The notes below the pieces were generated by a model, which searched no databases, was not told the DNA's origin, and saw nothing but the letters and a program-made list of their open reading frames with translations. Of a DNA stretch of 64,000 nt, positions 1 to 12,400 are shown one piece after another (position 1 is the stretch's first letter; every line of letters begins with the position of its first letter). The stretch is from assembly GCF_902713615.1 (NCBI RefSeq), contig NC_052147.1, forward strand, positions 166,822,410 to 166,886,409, in the 5' to 3' direction. This DNA comes from Scyliorhinus canicula (taxonomy: Eukaryota). The position numbers and the translations under genes are program-made.

Positions 1-2737
1 TCATTTGAACATGGTGTTTCAAAGAGTCCATAAGTTTGGATTGAAACTAAACCAATCAAAGTGTACATTTGCACAAGCATTGTTAAACTTCTTGGGAGGT
101 ACCATATCCAGTCAAGGTGTCAGGCCAGATGATGCCAAGATTTCTGCAATCCAGAATATGAAAACGCCCCAGGATAAAAAGGCTGTGCGAAGATTTCTGG
201 GCTTTGTAAACTTCTAGGGCAAGTTTATCTTGAACCTGTCCACGAGGACGTCAGCTTTACACAATTTGATAAGGATGACCACCAACTTTAAATGGACACA
301 AAGTCACCATATTATTAATGGGTGGATCTCAAGCATCAACTAATGACTGCACCAATTCTTGCTTTTTCAACCCAACTAGAGCAACCAAGATGCCCACTGA
401 TGAAAGTCAGGGTGGAATAGGAGCAGTTCTTTTACAGCAGGATGACCAATCTGATTGGGTTCCTGCTGCATATGCTTCAAGGGCTATGACTGCAACAGAG
501 TGCAGATATACACAGGTAGAAAAGGAATGTCTCGGGTTACTCACGGGAATACTGAAATTCCAGGACTATGTGTATGGGCTTCCAACCTTTATAGTGGAAG
601 CGGATCACAGGCCGTTGGTCCACATCACTGAGAAGAATTTAAATGACATGACTCCTCGCCTACAGTGCATCATGATGAAGTTAAGGATTTCAACTTGGTA
701 TACACTGCGGGAAAAGATCTCATCATTGCTAATACGTTATCCAGATCAATTGACACAGAAAGTTCACCACCAGAATTTATTAGAGACATCGAAGCTCAAA
801 CGCAGTTATGCGCGGAGAATCTTCCGGCATCTGAAGAGACGCGACAACTGATTGGTCAAGAAACAAAGAAAGATGCAACCTTGCTAAGGGTGATGCACTA
901 TTTCCAGCATAGTTGGCCAAAGGGACGATGTCTACAATATCAAAACATTCAGACCGAGTTAAAAGTAGTTGATGGGCTATTGTTACGCAATGACAAAATA
1001 GTAATTCCACTGAGTCTGTGCTCTGAGATGCTACACAAGATTTACAAGGGACATCTCGGAATCGAGAAATGTAAGAGGAGAGCATGACAGACAGTTTACT
1101 GGCCTGGCATCAACAAAAAGATAACTGACACGGTCATGACATGTGATACCTGTCGGAAGCATCAACCTGTACAGTGTAAAGAGACACTTCAGCAACATGA
1201 GTTACCAACGTCACTACGGACAAAAGTAGGCATCGATCTGTTCCAGGCTACGTTCTCATCATGGACTACTACTCAAACTTTCCGGAAGTTATGAACCTTC
1301 CTGATCTTACTTCTTCATCTGTCATAAAGGCTTTTTTCACGACATGGGATTCCGCACACTGTAATGTTCGATGTTTCGCGAATTGGGAATTGACAGAGGT
1401 TTCAAATAACTACAACTTTTGTCATGTGACATCTAGTCCACACTACTCCCAACCCAATGGGAAAGCTGGAAACTGTTTTCACATCATCAAACAACTTATC
1501 AGTAAAGTGAATGATTAACAATCTGACATACACTTGGCTTTGTTATCGTACCGAGCAACTCCATTACGCTCAGGACTGTCACCAGCTCAGATGCTTTTTA
1601 ACAGAGACTGCCGAACAACTTTACCTGCAATACAACTCAAAGATCCTGATCACTTGTATGTTCTCAACAAAATCAAAGAACAATGTTCTAAACAGTGACA
1701 ATGCTATGATCAGCACACAATCAAGCTCAAACCCACTGACAAAAGATGAGACTGTCAGACTAAGAAATCCAGAGGGAGGATGGTCTGCTCTAGCCACTGT
1801 ACTCAGGCAAACAGCACTGCCATCCTACATCGCCAAATCAGCTGAGGGCGCGATTTTATGACGCAACCGGCAAGATCTACTAAAGATTCGACTTCAATCA
1901 CCAGATTTCCTACATTGAATCTAAATGAGCCACTCATTCGACAAAATTTACTTCACAGCAAGACGACAGACGACGTTCACAATGGCATTAAAATATCCAC
2001 ATCACCACTTCAACAGTTATAAAAGTCTAATAGAAGAAAGAAACCCAACCGACTCAATTTATAAATATTGGACTCTAAAATGATACTTAACTTTGTATAA
2101 TTATCAATATTGTCATACCTTGTACAGTTATACACATCCTTATTTATATTTTCCTGTTGTACAATTTTCTTTAACCAGTTCAGAAAATGTGTTAAGAAAA
2201 AGCGGATGTAGTAATCTGCACACCTGTATGTATATAAGGGGTAATGTTTAGAAGTAACAACTACCGTATATACTCGCGTGTCATGCGACTTTTGAAGACC
2301 TAAATTGTAACCTAAATTTGAGGGGTCGCGCATGATACGCAAGATACAAAATTCGCGGGTGTTTTACTTGCTGTTTTTTCCGACGAGGAAAGAAATCTAT
2401 AGAACATGTGGGAACCTGCACCTTTTATTGTTAATGACACTCTACCTGCTGGTTAAACAAATACAGCTTAGTAAGCAGAATAAGGATTGCACTACTGATA
2501 AATCAAGACATTCATTTAATCCTTCCAGTTTGGTAATGTATATGTAAGTCCGCTTACTCGATTCATAAAGCAAATAACGCAACCCATAGTTAAGCAGATG
2601 CAGTAAAAGGCAATCATGATCTAAGGGGGCATTGTTCAGATGCTGACTACTATTATTAAAGTTATCCAAATAAAATGTCTGATTATTGCTAGCTAGCGAC
2701 TGTAACTCTAACAGTAAGAACATATATGCTGTTTACT

Positions 2738-3917
2738 GGGAGCTAAGACTTTATGGTGGAACAGTTGAGGAACAGTGGAGAACCTTCCAAGCGATTTTTC
2801 ACAGTGCTCAGCAAAGGTTTATACCAACAAAAAGGAAGGACGGAAGAAAGAGGGAAAATCGACCGTGGATATCTAAGGAAATAAGGGAGAGTATCAAATT
2901 GAAGGAAAAAGCATATAAAGTGGCAAAGATTGCTGGGAGATTAGAGGACTGGGAAATCTTTAGGGGGCAACAGAAAGCTACTAAAAAAGCTATAAAGAAG
3001 AGTAAGATAGAGTATGAGAGTAAACTTGCTCAGAATATAAAAACAGACAGTAAAAGTTTTTACAAATATATAAGACAAAAAAGAGTGGCTAAGGTAAATA
3101 TTGGTCCTTTAGAGGATGAGAAGGGAGTTTTAATAATGGGAAATGAGGAAATGGCTGAGGAACTGAATAGGTTTTTTGGGTCGGTCTTCACAGTGGAAGA
3201 CACAAATAACATGCCAGCGACTGATAGAAATTAGGCTATGACAGGTGAGGACCTTGAGAGGATTGTTATCACTAAGGAGGGAGTGATGGGCAAGCTAATG
3301 GGGCTAAAGGTAGACAAGTCTCCTGGCCCTGATGGAATGCATCCCAGAGTGCTAAAAGAGATGGCTAGGGAGATGGTCTCCTTACTTGAGAAAGGACGTA
3401 CTGGCGTGGAGGGTGTGCAGAGGAGATTCACTAGGTTAATCCCAGAGCTGAAGGGGTTGGATTATGAGGAGAGGTTGAGTAGACTGGGACTGTACTCGTT
3501 GGAATTTAGAAGGATGAGGGGGGATCTTATAGAAACATTTAAAATTATGAAGGGAATAGATAGGATAGATGCGGGCAGGTTGTTTCCACTGGCGGGTGAC
3601 AGCAGAACTAGGGGGCAGAGCCTCAAAATAAGGGGAAGTAGATTTAGACTGAGTTTAGGAGGAACTTCTTCACCCAAAGGGTTGTGAATCTATGGAATTC
3701 CTTGCCCAGTGAAGCAGTTGAGGCTCCTTCATTACATGTTTTTAAGGTAAAGATAGATAGTTTTTTGAAGAATAAAGGGATTAAGGGTTATGGTGTTCGG
3801 GCCGGAAAGTGGAGCTGAGTCCACAAAAGATCAGTCATGATCTAATTGAATGGCGGAGCAGGCTCGAGGGGCCAGATGGCCTACTCCTGCTCCTAGTTCT
3901 TATGTTCTTATGTTCTT
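2738..3917 (+). mobile_element. CR1-type LINE fragment, 5'-truncated, RT core deleted, nested in the Tc2-like element
   Basis: CR1 ORF2 tether motifs (PWISKEIR, KSPGPDGMHPRVLKE) join directly to the C-terminal EGVQRRFTRLIP..LYSLEFRRMRGDLIE; (TATGTTCT)n 3' tail. Confidence 0.85.
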
Positions 3918-4514
3918 ACTACCGGATGCTTGTTTCGCTGTATTTAAAAGATTCAAAGGCTGCGTCCTGCTGTCATTGATAATGTGTTATGTTAAATCCA
4001 ATAGTATCTGCTGAACATGGTTTTTTGCTTTGACTTCGGTTTTTTTTTGCATTGACTAGAGTGCATCCAATTGCAGCCCCTTGCTCCTCCCCAAGGCTCA
4101 TTATATAATATGACATCATCTTATCGAACCTGGACCTGTGCATTTTTTTTTAACTGTAGGGTTGAAGTCTATGCCCACGCTCTCTCCGACCATGGGGGCA
4201 ACGTGCACATCTGTTACTTTGTGGTCATTGTTAATGGTCCGCGTCCATGCTTACACGAAAATGTCCCCCTGAATCATAAGAATTCTCCGAGACACCGTTC
4301 GGCCCATCGTACTCGTGCCTCCTCTTTGCAATTTCAACCCTGGAGAAAAGATGATACTTTCACAGTTTTTGAAATCTGCGCGTTTCCATAATAAATACAT
4401 TTTAAAAAATGTACTACTGACCATCATAGGGTGTATATAATTCTTCGTTACACTATTCAATACATGGCCGTCTTTTTCCGATACAGAATTCGCGGGTGTT
4501 TTACTTGCTGTTTT

Positions 4515-4604
4515 TTCTGATGGGAAGATGTTCAGCCACTTGACGTTTCCATTCATAAAAACATGAATGGAAACGTCAAATGGCTGAACATCTTCCCATC
4601 AGAA
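4515..4604. repeat. Near-perfect inverted repeat (42-bp arms, 6-bp loop)
   Basis: 4515-4556 is the reverse complement of 4563-4604 with one mismatch. The ORF track shows MNGNVKWLNIFPSE on both strands. Confidence 0.95.
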
Positions 4605-5005
4605 TGCTGTGGTCAAAATCTGAAGAGTAGTATTCCTGATCATACGTGTAGTTTATTCAATACATGGCCGTCTTTTTCCGATACAGAATTCGCGGGTGTT
4701 TTACTTGCCATTTTTATGAATGGAAACGTCAAGTGGCAGAACGACGCTAGTAAAGACAGCTGGAAAGCTGTTCGATTCGCGAACAGCTTTCACAACAGAA
4801 TCCACTCTGCAGAATCCACAGACAATGATACCATTTGGAAGTTTTAGTTTGGGCATTAATTTCCAAAAAAGTGACTCGCATGATACATGAGATATAGCAT
4901 AGAATCATGTTTTGGGGACGAAAATTTAGGGGTCGCATGATACGCGAGATCGCATGATACGCGAGTATATACGGTAAGTAATCCCTAGATGGCAGCATGA
5001 GAGAT

Positions 5006-5038
5006 AGAACATAGAACATAGAACATTACGGCGCAGAT
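5006..5038 (-). mobile_element. Ultra-short (~33 bp) CR1/HE1 3'-tail insertion
   Basis: (ATAGAAC)n-ATTACGGCGCAGA matches the reverse CR1 3' end seen at 8267-8300. AGAT is duplicated, and the insert is absent at the paralogous site ~38705. Confidence 0.7.
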
Positions 5039-5544
5039 GGTTAGAAAAGACAGACTTGACACTTCCGGTGGCGGCCATGAAGTAGGAGATCGCACATTTG
5101 GTAGCACCCGCTTGCGACGGAGCTTTTGCACCTTTCCTCCCGATTTGTCAGAACTGTATTGGAATAATCGGTGGAGAGTGAGACAGTGGGGAAAAATTCC
5201 CAACCAGTATATGGAGCAGTGGACTAGCAGTGGCCTTACAAGGAGACATAGTCGAGCAAAGAAGGCATGTGCAGAAACGGCACCACAGGAAAGCATGGCG
5301 GGGGCGCAGGATCCTGGTGCGGTGGCACAGTGGTCAATGGTACAGCTGGTGAAGTTCTTTGAGGAGAGCTTCGCTAAAGTAGGATACGCTAGACCCGATT
5401 AAGGCATCGATGGATCGGGTGAAACAGGGGCCACGGATGGGCGATCAGAAGGTGGAGGAAAAGGCATCCAAGCACGAAGACTACCTAACTGTGTAGGAGG
5501 CTGAGGTGGGGCTGATGAAGGACCATCTGTAAAGACTGCAGGAG

Positions 5545-5883
5545 ATAGAACATAGAACATAGAACAGTACAGCACAGAACAGGCCCTTCGGCCCTCGATG
5601 TTGTGCCGAACAATGATCACCCTACTTAAACCCACGTAACCCGTATACCCATAACCCAACAATCCCCCCATTAACCTTACACTACGGGCAATTTAGCATG
5701 GCCAATCCACCTAACCCGCACATCTTTGGACTGTGGGAGGAAACCGGAGCACCCGGAGGAAACCCACGCACACACGGGGAGGACGTGCAGACTCCACACA
5801 GACAGTGACCCAGCCGGGAATCGAACCTGGGACCCTGGAGCTGTGAAGCATTGATGCTAACCACCATGCTACCGTGAGGCCCC
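5545..5883 (-). mobile_element. HE1-type V-SINE (tRNA head, CR1-derived tail)
   Basis: Reverse strand reads a tRNA-like head with B box (GGTTCGATTCC), the V-domain TGTGTGGAGT..CGTGGGTTTCCTCCGGGTGCTCCGG and a (TATGTTC)n tail. Absent in the paralog at ~39220. Confidence 0.88.
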
Positions 5884-8266
5884 AAATGTTGGAGGATGTT
5901 GGAGGATTTTGAGAACAGATCCAGGAGATAGAACCTGAGGATCATATGCCTCCTGGAGGGTAGTGAGGGATCGGACACAAGGGAATATGTGGCAAAGTAG
6001 GCTCCAAATAGTGATGTGAGAGGGGACATTTACTCGACCCTTGGAGGTGGACAGAATGCATAGAGCGCTTGTGAGGAATCCGCGAGCGAACCGCCAAGGG
6101 CGATGGTGATATGGATGCACCGGTTCCTGCACAAGGAACAGATTTGCGGTGGGCCAAGAAGAGATAGAGCTGCAAGTGGGAGAATTGTGAGTTGCGCATC
6201 TACCAGGACCTGGGCGTGGAACTGGCCAAAAGGCGAGCCGGATTTAACAGGGCAAAATCGGCCCTCTTCAAGAAGGGGGTGAAGTTCGGGATGTTATATC
6301 CAACGTGTCTGTAGGTCACTTTTGTGGGCCAGAAACTTTACTTTGAATCGCCAGACAAAGCAATAAACTTCATCAAGGACAAAAGGCTGGCAGGGGTCGA
6401 AGGAGACTGAATCTTGGGGGAGGGCATTGCAGGATCGATTTGGTTTAAAGTTATTTATGTAAGGTTCTGGATGTGCAATGCTCTCTGCAACAAGGGATTA
6501 TCTTGTTTTTTTGCCCCTTCCTTTTGCTTTGGTTTTCGTTTTGTTAAGGTGTTTGAGCAGTTGCTCAGAAATGTAATTTAAATCTGTTCTGGTGTGTGAT
6601 GGGTGGGGGGATTTTTTCTGCTGTTTGTTTACTGGGGACTGTGATGCTTTGAATATGTATGTCTGAGCAGGGGGGAAGGAGGGAGAACAGTAGGGAGATG
6701 GGGTGTCTGATGTCATGGGCGGGAGCTACCAGGTTAGCTAGGTGAGCTAGTTCACGGAAGCGCAGTGGGGGGTGAGCAGGTGATAAGCTTGGTATGGGGG
6801 GGTTGGCATTGTGATGCTGCTAATAGGGGTGGGGTGAGCTGCTCTGCTGACAGGGGAGGAACTGTTGCTTGGGGACAAAAGGGAGGTCAAGGACGGCAGA
6901 TGCCCGAGAGAAGGCCCGAGGAAGCGAGGGACATGAGCTGGAGGCTGACCTATAAAGGGTGATGGCTGATCGGCACGAGGAGGGGGCAGGAAGCCCCTCG
7001 ACTAGGCTGATCACTTGGAACGTCAGAGGGCTAAATGGGCCAGTTAAGAGGGCTCATGTGTTCACGCATCTGAGGGGACTGAAGGTGGACGTGACAATGT
7101 TACAAGAGACACACCTGAACGTTATAGACCAGACCAGACTGAGGAAGGGGTGGATTGGCCAAGCATTTAATTCAGGGCTGGACTTTAAGACCGGGGGGGT
7201 CACGATCCTGATCAACAAACAGGTGGCATTTGAGGCAGGGAGCATTGTGTCGTATGTGGGGGGGGGGGGGGGGGGAGGTACATCATGGGAAGCTTGAAGG
7301 GATGCGGGTGGTACTTGTGAATATATATGCAACAAATTGGGACGATGTGGAATTTATGAGGCGGGTGTTCAGTAACATCCTGGACCTAGAGTCACATAAG
7401 TTGATCATGGGAGGAGATTTTAATACGGTCATTGACCCAGGGTTGGACCGGTCAAAATCTAGGACATGGAGGGTGCCGGCCGTAGCGAAGGAACTAAAGG
7501 GGTTCATGGAGCAGTTTGGGGGGGTTGATCCATTGAGGTTTGGACGGCCAAGAGTGAAGGAGCTTTCTTTTTTCTTCCTATGTGCACAAAGTATATTCTA
7601 GGATCAACCTTTTTATCCTGATCAGGGTGTTAGTGCTGGGGGTGGTTGATACCGAGTATTCAGCGCTCACTGTGTCGGACCATGCCCCACATTGGATGAA
7701 TTTACGGGTGAGTAAGGAGAGAGGGCAGTGCCCGCTATGGAGGTTGGATGTGGGACTATTAGCAGATGAGGGGGTGTGCGGGCGGGTGAGCAAGTCCATC
7801 CAGAACTATTTGGAAATAAATGATACAGGGGAAGTCTTGGCAGCAACGGTGTGGGAAGCTCTGAAGGCAGTGGTTAGAGGGGAGTTAATCTCGATTTGGC
7901 CCATGGAGAAACCATGGAACAAGCAGAAATGGATAGGTTGGTTGGGGAGATACTCCAGGTGGATAGGAGATATTTGGAGGTCCTGGAGGCGGGGTTACTG
8001 TAGGAGCGGCGGAGGCTCCAGTTGGAGTTGGGGCTGTTATCTGCGGGAAGGCGGTGGAGCAATTGAGGAAGGCGAGTGGGGCAGTATATGAATATGGGGA
8101 GAAGGCCAATAGGATGCTAGCACATCAACTGGGGAAAAGGGAGGTGGTTGGGGAGATAGAGAGAGTAAAGGACAGAAGTGGAAATGCGGTCTTGGACCCA
8201 GTAGGGGTGAATGGGGTGTTTAAGGAGTTATATAACAAGCTGTATGAGTCGGAACCCCGGGGTGGG

Positions 8267-9772
8267 ATAGAACATAGAACACAGAACATTACAGCGCAGA
8301 ACAGGCCCTTCGGCCCTCAATGTTGCGCCAACCTGTGAAACCCCTCTAAAGCCTATCTACAGTATTCCCTTATCGTCCATATGCCTATCCAATGACCATT
8401 TGAATGCGTTTAGTGTTGGCGAGTCCACTACTGTTGCAGGCAGGGCATTCCACGCCCTTACTACTCTCTGAGTAAAGAACCTACCTCTGACATCTGTCCT
8501 ATATCTTTCTCCCCTCAATTTAAAGCTATGTCCCCGCGTCCTGGATATCACCATCCGAGGAAAAAGGCTCTCAATGTCCACCCTATCTAATCCTCTGATC
8601 ATCTTGTATGCCTCAATTAAGTCACCTCTTAACCTTCTTCTCTCTAACGAAAACAGCCTCAAGTCCTTCAGTCTTTCCTCATAAGGTCTTCCCTCCATAC
8701 CAGGCAACATCCTTGTAAATCTCCTCTGTACCCTTTCCAATGCTTCCACATCCTTCCTATAATGCGGCAACCAGAACTACACGCAATACTCCAAATGTGG
8801 CCGCACGAGAGTTTTGTACAACTGCAACATGACCTCAGGGCTCCGAAACTCAATTCCTCTACCAATAAAAGCTAACACACCGTACGCCTTCTTAACAACC
8901 CTCTCAACCTGGGTGGCAACTTTCAGGGATCTATGGACATGGACACCGAAATCTCTCTGCTCATCCACACTACCAAGAATCTTACCATTAGCCCAGTACT
9001 CTGTTGTCCTGTTATTCCTTCCAAAATGAATCACCTCACACTTTTCTGCATTAAATTCCATTTGCCACCTGTCAGCCCAGCTCTGCAGCTTATCTATGTC
9101 CCTCTGTAACTTGTAACATCCTTCTGCAGTGTCCACAACACCACCGACTTTAGTGTCATCTGCAAATTTACTCACCCATCCTTCTACGCCCTCCTCCAGG
9201 TCATTTATAAAAATGACAAACACCAGCGGCCCCAAAACAGATCCTTGTGGTACACCACTAGTAACTGGACACCAGTCTGAACATTTCCCATCAACCACCA
9301 CCCTTTGTCTCCTTCCAGCTAGCCAATTTCTGATCCAAACTGCTAAATCACCCTGAATCCCATGCCTCCATATTTCCTGCAATAGCCTACCGTGGGGAAC
9401 CTTATCAAACGCTTTACTGAAATCCATGTACACCACATCAACTGCTTTACCCACATCCACCTGTTTGGTCACCTTCTCGAAGAACTCAATAAGGTGTGTG
9501 AGGCACGACCTACCCTTCACAAAACCATGTTGACTATCTCTAATCAAATTATTCCTTTCCAGATGATTATACACCCTATCTCTTATAAACCATTCCAAGA
9601 CTTTGCCCACAACAGAAGTAAGGCTCAGTGGTCTATAGTTACCGGGGTTTTCTCTACTCCCCTTCTTGAACAAGGAGTTTTCCTCTCCAGCCGATGCATC
9701 CTAAGTCTTGCCTCATCGCATCATAATTGCCTTTTCCCCAGATATGACTCTTGTCTTGCGATATATACCTAT
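8267..9772 (-). mobile_element. CR1 LINE fragment (RT domain and 3' tail) inserted antisense in L1 ORF2
   Basis: ORF 8777-9673(-) has NYRP.SLTS, QHGF, DFSKAFDKV, GVPQGSVLGP and FADD; microsatellite tail at 8267-8290. Confidence 0.92.
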
Positions 9773-11574
9773 TGGATGGAGGGGATGAGGCAGTACCTGC
9801 TTCAGTTGAAGTTCCCGAAGGTGGAGGAAGGACTGGTGGAAGGGTTGAGGGCCCCAATTGAAATTGAGGAAATAATGGAGGGGCTGGAGGCCATGCAGTC
9901 GGGTAAGGCCCCGAGACTGGACGGCTTCCCAGTGGAATTTTACAAGATGTTCTCGCAGATGTTGGGCCCGCTGCTGGTGAGGGCATTTAATGAGGCAAGG
10001 GAGCGGGGTGTCCTTCCTCCAACAATGTCACAGGCCTCGATCTCATTGAATCTGAAGAGGGAGAAGGACCCTGAGCTATGCGGGTCATACAGGCCAATCT
10101 CCCTATTGAATGTGGACGCCAAACTGCTGGCTAAAATTTTGACCACAAGGATAGAGGACTGAGTTCCGGAGGTGATAGGGGAAGACCAGGCGGGCTTTGT
10201 GAGGGGCATGCAGCTTACGGCCAATGTTCGAAGGCTCCTAAACGTAATCATGACTCTCTCAGAGAGCGGGGAGGTGGAGGTGGTGGTTGCGATGGAGGCA
10301 GAGAAGGCCTTTGAATGGGTGGAGTGGAATTATTTGTGGGAGGTTTTAAGAAGGGTCGGTTTTGGACAGGGCTTCATTGATTGGGTGCGGTTGCTCTATC
10401 AAGCACCAGTAGCAAGCGTGCGAACGAATCGGCTGATGTCGGGTTACTTTAAGCTGCACCGGGGGACAAGGCAAGGGTGTCTCCTCTCCCTGCTATTGTT
10501 AGGTCTGGCTATGGAGCCATTGGCTATGGAGTTAAGAGCTTCTAGAAACTGGAAATGGCTGGTCCGGGGGTGGAACACTGGGTCTCGCTTTACGCGGACG
10601 ACCTGCTCCTGCATATTTCTGACCCATTAGGGGGCTGGATTATGCGGATCCTAGGGGAATTCGGTCAGTTTTCGGGTATAAATTGAATATGCGCTAAAGT
10701 AAGATGTTTGCGATCCAGTTGAGGGGGCAGGACAGGAGACTTCGAGAGCTGGCGTTTAGAATGGTGGGAAGGAGCTTTTGCTATCTGGGAATACAGGTGG
10801 CATAGGAATGGGAGACATTGCACAAGCTAAACTTGTCCCTGTTTATAGAGCAAATGAAGGAGGACTTTAGGAGATGGGACAAGCTCCCACTGTCACTGGC
10901 GGGGAGAGTATAGACCGTGAAAATGACGGTCTTCCCCAGATTTCTGTTTGTTTTTCAGTGCCTCCCCATTTTATCCCGAGGGCCATTTTTAAACGGGTAA
11001 ATAGGCTGATTTTTGGGCTTTGTGTGGGTGGGCAAAACCCCGCGAGTGAAGAAAGTGTTGTCGAAGCGTAGCTGGGGGGAGGGTGGGTTGGCACTGCCTC
11101 CCCAAGTTTAGAGGATTTTTGGCAAGGTTTCGCTGATGTCATCTCCATGGTACATGAATCAAAGGTGGTGCTGGGTCCGGAGGTGGCGATCTTTGGAGTG
11201 TCATAAGAGGCGGGAGACAAGGGGGCGGGAGAGGCTGACATTTTGGCCTTTGCCTCCCTGGTAGCCCGGAGATGGATACTGATAATGTGGAGTGACACAA
11301 AGCCCCCAAAATCAGAGACCTGGGTTAGCGACATGGCTGGGTTTCTCAGTCTTGAGAAAATAAAGTTTGCCCTTAGAGGGTCAATGTTAGGGTTCGTCCG
11401 GAGGTGGCAGCCGTTTGTCGACTTTTTCGAGGAAAATTAAATGTCAGCAGAGGCAGAAATCTAGGGGCAGGGATGGTTTAAACTATTGTTTAATTGATTG
11501 GGGGCTTGAGGATCGTGTCAGGGATGGAAATGTCTTACATACTATGTTCATGTCGTTGTTATTGTTATTACTAT

Positions 11575-12400
11575 TGTTATGGGGTTTAGAGAACCCCAAA
11601 GTGTATCATGGAATTCACCTGACCCAGCTTTTAATAGACAAGTTTTAATAGATTGTGGTATGGGAAGCACACATCCCACTCTACAGTTGTGGTACAGCAG
11701 AAATGGAAAAGTTTTTTTATAATGCAAAACAATGTTTATTCTATGAACTCAAGTTAACCTTTTTAAAACCTACAGTGAACATCTTAGCAACCATCAATTC
11801 AAATACAACCCAGGGCAGCACGGTGGCCTAGTGGTTAGCATAACCGCCTCACGGCGCTGAGGTCCCAGGTTCGATCCCGGCTCTGGGTCACTGTCCGTGT
11901 GGAGTTTGCACATTCTCCCCGTGTCTGCGTGGGTTTCACCCCCACAACCCAAAAATGTGCAGTGTAGGTGGATTGGCCATGCTAAATTGCCCCTTAATAG
12001 AAAAAATAATTGGGTAATCTAAATTTATAAAAAAAAAAATTCAAATACAACCCCAAAAGAATACAACACTAAGTAATTCTTAAGCTGTCCTTTTGACATC
12101 GAGAAGACTTAAAAGAAAACTTTCAGCAGAAGCACATCAGGTTAAAGTCACTACTAAGAGCAGTTATTAGTTTTAAATCACCAAAGGATCGATTTAAATT
12201 CTTTTGATTATAGAGAGACACTCTCATAAACCTTCTGGCTGTGACTGCAACTATCCAGCTCTGAAAACGAAACTAAAACACACCCTTCAGCAAACATCCT
12301 AAAATAAAATTAAAAAGCTGACAGACAGCCCAGCTCCACCCACTCTCTGACATCACTGCAGTAACAAACACCCATTTCTTAAAGGTGCTCTCACATGACA
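11575..12400. mobile_element. Solo LTR (~585 bp without the nested SINE) in the L1 3' UTR
   Basis: TGTTATG...CATGACA termini with 4-bp TSD CTAT (11571-11574, 12401-12404). Paralog at 41973-42559. Confidence 0.8.
11812..12037 (+). mobile_element. Short poly(A)-tailed HE1-like SINE with 16-bp TSD
   Basis: GGGCAGCACGGTGG tRNA head and poly(A) tail. TSD AATTCAAATACAACCC at 11796-11811 and 12038-12053. Empty site at ~42196. Confidence 0.9.

Larger units (their letters stand above)
2264..4974. mobile_element. Non-autonomous Tc1/mariner-superfamily (Tc2/pogo-like) DNA transposon inserted in the Gypsy 3' LTR
   Basis: TIRs CCGTATATACTCGCG...CGCGAGTATATACGG, flanked by TA at 2262-2263 and 4975-4976. 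The paralogous LTR at ~38680 has the empty site AAC-TA-AGTAATCC. Confidence 0.88.

Noticed and set aside
1-2200. Two independent insertions of an active Gypsy family
   Set aside because: The copies share inactivating stops, nested insertions and 3' flank, so they derive from segmental duplication of one dead element.
7258-7276. Poly-G run encoding poly-Gly
   Set aside because: Homopolymer expansion or sequencing slippage in a dead L1 ORF2.
11812-11890. tRNA-like sequences (also ~5810-5883, 35221, 53417, ~19020-19092)
   Set aside because: They are SINE heads continuing into V-domain or tail sequences, not stand-alone tRNA genes.
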